Assembly: GCA_040954595.2 (NCBI GenBank)
Contig: CM082591.2
Location: forward strand, 5,177,009-5,241,008
Length of the DNA: 64,000 nucleotides
Direction: 5' to 3'
From: Balanoglossus misakiensis
Taxonomy: Eukaryota; Animalia; Hemichordata
Below are positions 52,292-62,934 of this stretch, in pieces (position 1 is the stretch's first letter; every line of letters starts with the position of its first letter). The notes beneath the pieces were generated by a model that had not been told where the DNA came from, did not search any database, and saw only the letters and a list, made by a program, of their open reading frames with translations. The translations under genes were made by a program, and so were the position numbers.

Positions 52292-54112
52292 TTAGCGCCT
52301 ATACTTAATTGTCTTAAGCTGATAGTTTAACTGCTACTACTAGATGGGTGGGATGAAATTCCCCTTGCTCAGAGATACTACAGAGTAGGAGATCTCATGG
52401 AAAGAAAGAAATACTTAATCGTCTGCTGGCAACTGTGTCATATGGGAGCCATGCCCGCAGCCGAAGACACGACGAAACACACCCTTAACCTGTGTGTTAC
52501 TACATATGTGTACTACTTTGTCGATGTGAACTCTGCCGTGTCTTCTCAATTTCTCGCTTGTCATTTTGTCACTCTGACACTGTAAATACATATGGATGGG
52601 GGTCACCCAAAGACCAATCTGTTCGTTGCTCGACACGGAAAAGTTGAGATTATCGACAGCATTATGTGGGCTTTGCGTTAATGCCAATCATGCCGGGTTA
52701 ATCAGTTGAAATATCACGCTGTCAAAACACAGCGCAGTGCGAAGCGTTGTTTTGAAGAATTGATTGCTTAGGTCTTCCACAGAAGGGCTTGCAACCTCCG
52801 ATATTTGACCTAGTTTGCGCATGATGTGGAAAAACATTAAATAAGATGAAATATAAATATAATTTGTATATTCAATTATATGTGTATTTTGTATTCAGAT
52901 CGAAATTACCGTATAACAAATATGCGGTCGCTTGGGAGGTTTGCAAGTTAAATTGTTTCCTTCGAGTTCTTGACATTTTTTTTTAAATCCAAGAAATCTT
53001 AGATTAAAATTTCTCTTTCACGAACCATCAAGCTATCTTACATGTAATGTAAGTCATGTTATTTTCTCCTACATACATGGTAAGCGAATCTGAGTGCATT
53101 GATGTATGAATGAATGAAAAGAAAGTTTAGCAGTTTTACTAGCTTCAATATGCGCAGACATAGGCCCTAGTCACATGTGACATTCCAGTACAGTGGACAA
53201 CATACTAAGTAAGGTTTTTGTGCCAAGCTTTCCAGTTGCAAAGAGATGATGTCAGCATACCTCGTTCAGAACAACCTTACAGCAGGCTTAATGCAGTCGC
53301 CAGTTTGAATAAGCCTCATTATTTTCCATAAAATGTAGTTTGTGCTGTTTTCTTTTTCCCTTTCCGTTTAAAAGAAATATCCTGCCAGGCACGTATTAAA
53401 TGTCGAATCTGGCTGACGACAGAGACTGGATTGGATTAATACCTGCGGTCGGCTAATCAAAGATAATTTAATCCTGACATGGGGACTAGTAAACAAACTA
53501 GTTCTGAGAGAGATTTAATCTTTTTCTGGCGCTACCGCCGTTCTCTGAATAGAGTTACGTGCTTCGTTCCGTATTTTGTTGGCAACCGTGAGTTGAAGCA
53601 GCACGTGTGTACCGTCTGGCGCTCAGATTGGAAACCGGTTTGGGCGCCAAACACGAAAACAGCGACCTTGGTGCCGTATCGCAAATGCGTTCTGGCATTC
53701 TTCTAAATTAAAAACAAAAAAATAACGTAGGTTGAAGCCACGTGTCAGATTACCTGTCCGATTCGCAATGCTCTGTTTGCTTCTCGAACAACGGGCGATG
53801 ACGCCGACAGAAAAAATAAGCTGAGATTCGCCTGTACATAATAATCCACCCATCTACAGTTGCACCTCTAGGTGGCGCTACCGATATTTTTTTTTAAGGA
53901 TATGCATCCTTATCATAAGGCTAGCACCCTCGGGCAGCCATCATGAATTTAAACTCAAAGCGAGGCTAATAGGGAAACTCCATGTGATTGGTCAACTTGT
54001 TCCCAATGGCCTCGCTTTGACTTCAAAACCATGTTGGCTGCCTGAGGGACTTATGAAAGGGGTGTTAACCAAAACCACCACCCACACCACCATCATCATG
54101 GAACAAAAGTAA

Positions 54113-57100
54113 CAGTTCTTTACTTTGACAATAAAATGTAAGGACCTCCCTAGTTCTGTACTTTGACAATAAAATGTCAAGACCCCCCAGTTCTGTTCTT
54201 TGACAATAAAATGTCAAGACCCCCCAGTTCTGTACTTTGACAATAAAATGTCAAGACCTCCCTAATTCTGTAGTTTGACAATAAAATGTCAAGACCCCCC
54301 AGTTCTGTTCTTTGACAATAAAATGTCAAACCCCCCAGTTTTGTTCTTTGACAATAAAATGTCAAGCCCCCCCCCCCCCCCCCCCCCCCCCGTTCTGTCA
54401 AAGAACAGAACTGGGGGGTCTTTGACAATAAAATGTCAAGACCCCCCAGTTCTGTTCTTTGACAATAAAATGTCAAGACCCCCCAGTTCTGTACTTTGAC
54501 AATAAAATGTCAAGCCCCCTATTTCTGTACTTTGACAATAAAATGTCAAGCCCCCTAATTCTGTAGTTTGACAATAAAATGTCAAGACCCCCTAATTCTG
54601 TACTTCAACAATAAAATGTCAAAACCCCCCAAATTCTGTACTTTGACAATAAAATGTCAAGACCCCCAAGTTCTGTACTTTGACAATAAAATGTCAAGAC
54701 CTCCCCCCCAATTCTGTACTTTGACAATAAAATGTCAAGACCCCCAAGTTCTGTTCTTTGACAATAAAATGTCAAGACCCCCAGTTCTGTTCTTTGACAA
54801 TAAAATGTCAAGCCCCCTATTTCTGTACTTTGACAATAAAATGTCAAGACCTCCCCTCCAATTCTGTACTTTGACAATAAAATGTCAAGACCCCTAATTC
54901 TGTACTTTGACAATAAAATGTCAAGACCCCCTAATTCTGTACTTTGACAATAAAATGTCAAGACCCCCAAGTTCTGTTCTTTGACAATAAAATGTCAAGA
55001 CCTCCCCCCCAATTCTGTACTTTGACAATAAAATGTCAAGACCTCCCCCCCCCCCCAATTCTGTACTTTGACAATAAAATGTCAAGACCCCTAATTCTGT
55101 ACTTTGACAATAAAATGTCAAGACCCCCCAGTTCTGTTCTTTGACAATAAAATGTCAAGACCCCCTATTTCTGTACTTTGACAATAAAATGTCAAGCCCC
55201 CTAATTCTGTAGTTTGACAATAAAATGTCAAGACCCCCTAATTCTGTATTTTGAAGTAAAGAACCCCTTTATTCTGTACTTCGACAATAAAAAGTCAAGA
55301 CCCCCTAATTCTGTACTTCAACAATAAAATGTCAAAACCCCCCAAATTCTGTACTTTGACAATAAAATGTCAAGACCTCCCCCCCCCCCCCCCAATTCTG
55401 TACTTTGACAATAAAATGTCAAGACCCCCAAGTTCTGTTCTTTGACAATAAAATGTCAAGACCCCCTAGTTCTGTTCTTTGACAATAAAATGTCAAGCCC
55501 CCTATTTCTGTACTTTGACAATAAAATGTCAAGACCTCCCCCCCCCCAATTATGTACTTTGAAAATAAAATGTCAAGACCCCTAATTCTGTAGTTTGACA
55601 ATAAAATGTCAAGACCCCTAATTCTGTACTTTGACAATAAAATGTCAAGACCCCCAAGTTCTGTTCTTTGACAATAAAATGTCAAGCCCCCTATTTCTGT
55701 ACTTTGACAATAAAATGTCAAGACCCCCAAGTTCTGTTCTTTGACAATAAAATGTCAAGCCCCCTATTTCTGTACTTTGACAATAAAATGTCAAGACCTC
55801 CCCCCAATTCTGTACTTTGACAATAAAATGTCAAGACCCCTAATTCTGTACTTTGACAATAAAATGTCAAGACCCCCAAGTTCTGTTCTTTGACAATAAA
55901 ATGTCAAGCCCCCTATTTCTGTACTTTGACAATAAAATGTCAAGACCCCCAAGTTCTGTTCTTTGACAATAAAATGTCAAGCCCCCTATTTCTGTACTTT
56001 GACAATAAAATGTCAAGACCTCCCCCCAATTCTGTACTTTGACAATAAAATGTCAAGACCCCTAATTCTGTACTTTGACAATAAAATGTCAAGACCCCCA
56101 AGTTCTGTTCTTTGACAATAAAATGTCAAGCCCCCTATTTCTGTACTTTGACAATAAAATGTCAAGACCCCCAAGTTCTGTTCTTTGACAATAAAATGTC
56201 AAGCCCCCTATTTCTGTACTTTGACAATAAAATGTCAAGACCTCCCCCCCCCAATTCTGTACTTTGACAATAAAATGTCAAGACCCCTAATTCTGTTCTT
56301 TGACAATAAAATGTCAAGACCCCCAGTTCTGTTCTTTGAAAATAAAATGTCAAGCCCCCTATTTCTGTACTTTGACAATAAAATGTCAAGACCCCCAGTT
56401 CTGTTCTTTGACAATAAAATGTCAAGCCCCCTATTTCTGTACTTTGACAATAAAATGTCAAGACCTCCCCCCCAATTCTGTACTTTGACAATAAAATGTC
56501 AAGACCCCTAATTCTGTACTTTGACAATAAAATGTCAAGACCCCCAAGTTCTGTTCTTTGACAATAAAATGTCAAGCCCCCTATTTCTGTACTTTGACAA
56601 TAAAATGTCAAGACCCCCAGTTCTGTTCTTTGACAATAAAATGTCAAGCCCCCTATTTCTGTACTTTGACAATAAAATGTCAAGACCTCCCCCCCAATTC
56701 TGTACTTTGACAATAAAATGTCAAGACCCCTAATTCTGTACTTTGACAATAAAATGTCAAGACCCCCCAATTCTGTACTTTGACAATAAAATGTCAAGCC
56801 CCCTAATTCTGTACTTTGACAATAAAATGTCAAGACCTCCCCCCAAATTCTGTACTTTGACAATAAAATGTCAAGACCCCTAATTCTGTACTTTGACAAT
56901 AAAATGTCAAGACCTCCCCCCCAATTCTGTACTTTGACAATAAAATGTCAAGACCCCTAATTCTGTACTTTGACAATAAAATGTCAAGACCCCTAATTCT
57001 GTACTTTGACAATAAAATGTCAAGACCCCCAAGTTCTGTTCTTTGACAATTAAATGTCAAGACCCCCAGTTCTGTTCTTTGACAATAAAATGTCAAACCC

Positions 57101-57236
57101 CCAGTTCTGTACTTCGACAATAAAAAGTCAAGACCCCCTAATTCTGTACTTCAACAATAAAATGTCAAAACCCCCCAAATTCTGTACTTTGACAATAAAA
57201 TGCCAAGACCCCCCCCCCCTAGTTCTGTTCTTTGAC
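54113..57236. repeat. About 40-bp minisatellite array (roughly 75-80 units) with an internal palindrome; degenerate units continue to about 57445
   Basis: Consensus CTTTGACAATAAAATGTCAAG-ACCCCC(n)-(A/T)A(G/A/T)TTCTGT(A/T). The TTGACA-ATAAAA-TGTCAA hairpin core is nearly invariant and the C-run length varies. Confidence 0.97.
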
Positions 57237-57844
57237 TAACAAATTTGCCATGCCCTCACCTAGATGTGTATTATGACTGACAATATTATGTCATGCCCTT
57301 CTCCAGTTTTGACTATGATAATAAAATGTGCCAAACTAGTATTGTAATTTTCTGCCCTGACCCATTTCTGTTCCACGCTTACAAACAATTCATGCCCAAC
57401 CTCAGTAAAATGCCATGCCGTGTACTATGTGACAATAACCTGTCATGTCTAAAATGGTCACCCCTTGAGACTGATGCGGCATTAACACTAGGACGTGTAC
57501 TGATCTGAGTGAATCAGATCCCGTAAGGAGTACGGTGCCCAGAGTACACATGTCCCAGTAGAAAACGCCGAGTTTAAATTGCTAAATCTGAGATCTCCCC
57601 CACGCCCGCCAAGGTCTTGCTCTCCGAAAAATAGGAGAATGTTACGAACGAATGAACACGTGCACACCAGAACTGCCCTTCGCAATAAATAATAAAAAAC
57701 ACAGACTAAGTCGGCGAAGTCTTTACACGACATGTTCTCCATGCGAGGAGCCATTTTCATCTGAGTTTGCATACCACGCGTCACGATTAGTCACGCCTTC
57801 CAACCTCGTTCGCGGATTACTTCCTATCGTTGTAGTAAGCTAGT

Positions 57845-57879
57845 CTCGGTTACCCAGACTCCTCTGCTGGGTAACCGAG
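57845..57879. repeat. Short perfect hairpin (micro-MITE remnant)
   Basis: CTCGGTTACCCAG-9 nt-CTGGGTAACCGAG. Confidence 0.65.
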
Positions 57880-58767
57880 TACGAGCCTGAGTGATTATAC
57901 AAGCTCCACCCCAATCATGGAAAATTGGCAGTTTCTCTTGCTATAGGATTTCTCGGTCTGAGAATCAGGGGGGAATTGGATTTCCATAGATCCGAGTGTT
58001 GTGTAGGGCATTGACCTAGTATTTCCGTGACAAAAAATAACAGAACTGCATGGAAAATTGACAATTAAACCGAAAAAAGTCAATAAGCAAAAAGGGGAAA
58101 GCCATGACCTACCAGACATCATACGCTTTTCCAGCTAACCATACGGCCTACTTATAACAACAAGCCTTTCAGCCATCATTAAAATAATATTTATTTCTTT
58201 AAAAAACGCTTTCCATATTAATACATCTCAAAGCCCTGGAACAAAAGGATAATAGTAAACGGACAATCATAATATAGTTAAAATCGTCATTTTCTGAATA
58301 CAAACGTTTTATGATTCGACTTAAAAACATTAAAATTCTTACAACAACGGAGTAAAATGGGCACCTTACTGAGACTATGATCTAAGATAATCTAACTTGA
58401 GACATTAACCGTACCGCGTAAAATTTGTTCACAAAGGATACCCCGATTATCAGCTGTGAATTAACAATGATTAAAGCCGACTATTGACGGACTCCACAAC
58501 TGGATACATGTACATCGTCGCACGCGATCGCTAACATGTTTATTTGTTTGTGTGTTTGTTTTGTTTTTGGAGAATTCCCGAGTTTACCAAAGTGCTTTAT
58601 TTACATTGAGTGTCTCACTTTATATATAAAGTCAAAATATGCAAATGTATGTTTAAACCGACCAGTAATAACATTAAAACAACGTTTTCTTTATAGTACA
58701 CAACTAGATGCAAAGAATTAGCTTAGTCTGGTCCTAACTGACATTATGGTAGGCCTAATGCATTAAC

Positions 58768-59339
58768 TCACAGTGTTTTCTTGCAGTAAAAATCCTCATT
58801 CAATACATTAGTTTTATTAGTTTGAAAACACTCAAAACCTGCTTCTTTCAGCATTTCTAGAGCCCTTTCCCTGCCCCATGCTGCTCCTAAGCCAAAACTG
58901 TCATCTCCATAGGACAGTGAAGCTGGCATGCAATGGAACAGACTGATGGTGTATAGAACAGTGGCCCAGGGATGATCTATATTATCGGCCTGTTTGGTGT
59001 GAAAACCCACATCTTTCATTACAAAGAATCCGTCATCTTTAACAATACTTCGAATCCCTTTCAGGAGTAGGTCGGGACGCCCCACATCATGGACAACGTC
59101 AATGCAGAAGACAACGTCAAACTTCGACTTCCAAGCGTCGACCTCCGCCATCTTGATGGCGTCGCCGAGGTCGAAAGTCACGTTCGAGAGTTGCATCCTG
59201 GCGGCTCGAGATTTGGCGGCTGCGACTGCCTCCTCTGACATTTCAATGCCGAGAAATTGGCACTTTGGAAAGTCGCGAGCGAGATAACACAGCGCAGCGC
59301 CACTACCACAGCCTACGTCACACACGGTTGATGATGTCT
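58768..59339 (-). CDS. Rv2258c-like class I SAM-dependent methyltransferase, coding exon 4 of 4
   Basis: Acceptor CCTTTCAG|; motif I VCDVGCGSG, then FLGIEMS, TFDLGDA, FDVVFCIDVVHD, KDDGFFVMKD, YTISLFHCMPASL, GLGAAWG..MLKEAGF; stop TGA at 58770-58768. Confidence 0.9.
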
Positions 59340-59691
59340 CTGAAAGGTAAAAATATTCAAATGTGTGAGAGACACGTTAACGAAGTGGCACCCCCGGGGA
59401 AGGGGGGGTGGGTACTCCTATGGGAAGATGTACGGGTATATGCCACTCGGATGTGCCATTTTTTCACAATCCAACATAGCTCCACATTTCATCCAAAGAA
59501 AATAGGAAATGTCCCCATACTTTCGAGAAAAATAAACTCCACATGCAACAGAGCAATGGTATCCCACATAGGCTACAGTATCCCACATTTAACTAGAAAT
59601 CCCTAAAATCCAATGGAACAATTACTTGAGTACTCATTTTGTCCAGTTAAGTTCTATGCGAATGACAAGAATCCTCGACTCGCCGTCTCAC

Positions 59692-59811
59692 CTAAAATTT
59701 CCCTGATCTTTTCGTTGTCTGTAAGGAATACTGGCGGCTGGCCTTTCAGATATCCTGTGGCTACAGTGTCCATCCACTGGTGAAATAGTGTATATCTTGA
59801 CATTGGAACTC
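59692..59811 (-). CDS. Rv2258c-like methyltransferase, coding exon 3 of 4 (120 bp)
   Basis: TCCTTTCAG| ... |GTGAGA boundaries; encodes (G)VPMSRYTLFHQWMDTVATGYLKGQPPVFLTDNEKIREIL(E); phase 1/1 fits both neighbours. Confidence 0.85.
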
Positions 59812-59835
59812 CTGAAAGGAAAATTCACGGGTTTA

Positions 59836-59944
59836 GGGAGCTTTCAGATATTATGACGGGGTGGCCGAGGGAAATTTGGGACAGTTCATAACGTACAGTT
59901 ATTTTTTACCCGTCCCACCTCACTCATGATAACTGAAAGCTCCC
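59836..59944. mobile_element. Small MITE in methyltransferase intron 2
   Basis: TIRs GGGAGCTTTCAGATATTATGA ... TCATGATAACTGAAAGCTCCC, flanked by TTA and TAA. Confidence 0.7.
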
Positions 59945-59977
59945 TAAGCATAAATCTTTTTTTTATACAGGACGCAC

Positions 59978-60189
59978 CTTTTGGACCATCCTTCTTGAAG
60001 CAGTTACGTATGTCTTTGTACACTTCGCAGATGACTGGCACGGCTTCACAGAACGCTGGCAGGGTCCCGTTACCATGTTTGGTGCAGAGGGCGTTGTGTC
60101 GGTGTGGGGGTAAGTAATAGGTGTCGTCATCGGAATCGACGTCTACAATCCCAGCAGCCACCACGGCACCGAGCCATTCCCTCACGTAC
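59978..60189 (-). CDS. Rv2258c-like methyltransferase, coding exon 2 of 4 (212 bp)
   Basis: CCATAG| ... |GTGCGT boundaries; the junction gives ERYVREWLGAVVAAGIVDVD..YYLP (winged-helix signature of the family), ending CFKKDGPK(G). Confidence 0.9.
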
Positions 60190-60495
60190 CTATGGCGAAA
60201 GAATCATGGGAGGAAATGAAAGTAAAGTTCATGCACGTGTTCTCGGATCCTTAAACTTTAACGCAGGGAAAATTAATATACATGTAGTTGAAAAGTGCAG
60301 CAGGCAAAAACAATACTCCAACTTGATGACAGCGGAGAAGATTGATCGTGTATGGAAATAAAGTGTCAGCATGTTGTTTCCATGTTTTGACATAACCATC
60401 ATTTTAATGGCCTTGGATGTTGGCGAAATTGTACGAGTCTTCAAACTTCGATAATATATTAGATGAATACCAAGGTCGAATTGCCAATGTATTAA

Positions 60496-60792
60496 AGGGA
60501 CAAAGTCTCTCTCTGGCTGCACTTTTTCCATTAATTATATTTGATACAAGACACTTTATGTTATTCTACATGTGGATATATAGTAAATCAATGTTCGACC
60601 ACACACACTTTCCATCCCACTTGTAGACACGAGGGTGAAAAGCTCGCCAAAATGAATAGTCTTCACCATTTATTCATTTTTGCACGGTCGAACATTGATT
60701 CACTATATATCCACATGTAGAATAACATGAACGGTGTCTTGTATCAAACATAATAAATGGAAAAGGGGCAGCGAGAGAGAGACTTTGTCCCT
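60496..60792. mobile_element. TTAA-specific (Kolobok-like) MITE in methyltransferase intron 1
   Basis: TTAA|AGGGACAAAGTCTCTCTCT ... AGAGAGAGACTTTGTCCCT|TTAA, with imperfect TIRs of about 105 bp. Confidence 0.8.
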
Positions 60793-60808
60793 TTAATAAT
60801 ACACGCAC

Positions 60809-60996
60809 CTCTCCTTCAAACCAGCAGCGTCTGCGATTTCTTTGGAGGTTTTCGCCTCTCCGAGCGTTGCCATGACATTGAAGAGACCCGTAGCTGATCC
60901 CATAGCTACGCTGACAGAAGTAAAACCAGATTGGACAGTTTGAAACATCTGCCTCTCAAAGGTTTCCGCAGTTTCGCCGTGTTTGCCCGTCATCAT
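60809..60996 (-). CDS. Rv2258c-like methyltransferase, coding exon 1 of 4 (188 bp)
   Basis: Encodes MMTGKHGETAETFERQMFQTVQSGFTSVSVAMGSATGLFNVMATLGEAKTSKEIADAAGLKE(R); donor AG|GTGCGT. The spliced CDS is 1092 nt, 363 aa, open throughout. Confidence 0.88.
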
Positions 60997-61048
60997 TGCA
61001 CTCTGGTGTCAGCCAGCCGTATACCAGGCTGAGTGGTGGACCCTTCCG

Positions 61049-61056
61049 TATTTATA
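61049..61056 (-). promoter_or_regulatory. TATA box of the methyltransferase gene
   Basis: TATAAATA on the minus strand, about 53 nt upstream of the ATG. Confidence 0.6.
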
Positions 61057-61890
61057 GGGAGGGGGCTCGTGCTGTGTGGTGGACCAGTCGATATTCGGGA
61101 GGGGGGGGGGGGCTGCTGGATTTATGAAAAAAAATTACCAGCCTAAGATTGCTGTGAAAAAATAGTTGTCACTATACATGCAGTACCAAATAATACTAGT
61201 ACATGTACATGTATTTTCTTCCAGGGATATATTGCTCATATGCATTTCGTATTCAGCATCAACTCTGCTTGGCACATTTTGGCTTCACTGATTTCTTAAA
61301 CTCCCCCCCCCCCCCCACCACTCCCCTGTCTTGTCATTTATTTTGGATTTTGCTTATTCACATTTAATTTATTTAATTTGCCGAGTCATCCATGGTTAAC
61401 AAAAAACGGACAGGAGATGAAATAATCTTTCCAGGAACACACTTTCCGAGTGAGAGCAATATGCTGCAAAAATAGATTTATAGGTTTTCTGTTCCGAGAA
61501 GTCTTTGAGTTCCCTGAATTATTCTTTGTGTCCCTGATCCCCTTTCAGTACCACTAAAAACACTGGTAGGTATTAACAGAACATAACGGTTGTCAGTCAT
61601 ATTTTTTGACACATTGACGTCAAATTCCGTTTAATTAGGTCATATGTGCTGTTCCGATTACCCGACCTACCCTAATTAAACCTGGAAGTAAGAATAACGA
61701 TGTCAAATATACAAAATTTATGCAATTTGCGCGAATCTCGCGAGAACGATGACGTCATTCTTCCACACTCCGGCGGCAAGAGAAATAAAAATGCAAAATA
61801 AATAAATTCTCTACCTAGTTACCTATTTTTTAAAAACATGTTATTTTCGCCATCCCTCCCAAATAACGTAAAATATATTTGTACAATTGT

Positions 61891-62934
61891 AAACATATCG
61901 CCTTGAAGCTTTTCGCGGCCATAATAAGATCAACCCATCAACTGTCCAACGCCACTGGATGGCGGTATGACCGAAAATTGAAAATCGTCGAAAAATGGGC
62001 GGTCCTTATTTAGCTGGTTGCTTTCAGACGGCAACTAATTACATTCATCCCTATATTTAATTAATTTCTTTTCTCAACAGCTGAAAAGTAGACCACAACG
62101 ATTGTGATCGGTCAATTACTTTCAACGCGCCTCGGCACAGTTAGACCATAGCAGGTGATTGGTCAATTGCTCTCTGTGCGCTTTGAGCACGTGTCTACTT
62201 GACGAGACATAGACGCTTGACACAATTTTGTTGACCTCCAAACGTTTGTCCCATCTCTGACATGTCTGGAGAAATGACCTGGTTCCGTTCCCCTCCGACT
62301 CGCTTGACACCATTTCGTTGACCCCAAAAAGTTTGACCCCATCTCTGACGTTTCAGAGAAATTTAACTCGGGGTGCAAATGACCTGGTCCCCCGAAACAA
62401 TTTTCAAAGCCCGTAATTGTGGATATGCATCGTTTCAAATAAAGGTGCCTGAAAGAAACATTGCCAATAATTAATTTATTGATTTTTGACTATTTTAAAT
62501 ATAACTAGACTACGCAGAATTCATAAATGGCGCGGTCCTTATTTTAGACCACGGCAGACATGCTAACAAACTTTTTGGGGTCAACGAAATTGTGCCAAGC
62601 ATGTCTCGCCAAGTGGACATCTGTTCAAGCGCTCAGAAAGTAATTGACCAATCACATGCTCTGGTCGAACTGTGCCAAGCGCGTAGGCAGTAGTTGACCA
62701 ATCACAATTTGCTACGGTCTTCCTGCTTCAGGTGTGGAGAAAATATTTAATTAAATACGTGAATGAAAGTACATATGTAATTAGTTACCGTCTAGACATA
62801 ACTGGCTGAAATAAGGACCGCCCATTTTTCGGCGATTTTCAATTTTCTGTCATATCGCCACCCAGTGGCGATGAACGATGAATGCGTTCATACGTTAGCA
62901 GCGCGGCGTGCCAAGCTTCAAGACGATATTTGAA
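61891..62934. mobile_element. Degenerate foldback/MITE element with long imperfect inverted arms
   Basis: Arm about 61891-62250 pairs with arm about 62566-62934, e.g. AAAATTGAAAATCGTCGAAAAATGGGCGGTCCTTATT vs AATAAGGACCGCCCATTTTTCGGCGATTTTCAATTTT. Internal direct repeat at about 62215/62302. Termini and TSD are not resolved. Confidence 0.7.

Noticed and set aside
17000-54000. Conserved miRNA, tRNA or snRNA genes
   Set aside because: A by-eye scan for familiar bilaterian mature miRNAs and tRNA/snRNA signatures found only partial seed-like matches (e.g. TGGCAGTG at about 21868) without a precursor hairpin. An Infernal/Rfam search is needed to exclude them formally.
54113-57236. CRISPR array (palindromic repeats with variable spacers)
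   Set aside because: The spacers are only about 18-25 nt and are all variants of one sequence. There are no unique spacers, leader or cas genes, and the context is eukaryotic. It is a minisatellite.
54113-57236. Tandem bacterial -35 boxes/operators (TTGACA) and repeat ORFs (e.g. 56162-56899)
   Set aside because: No -10 element is correctly spaced and the neighbouring genes are spliced. The ORFs are translations of the repeat that shift frame with C-run length.
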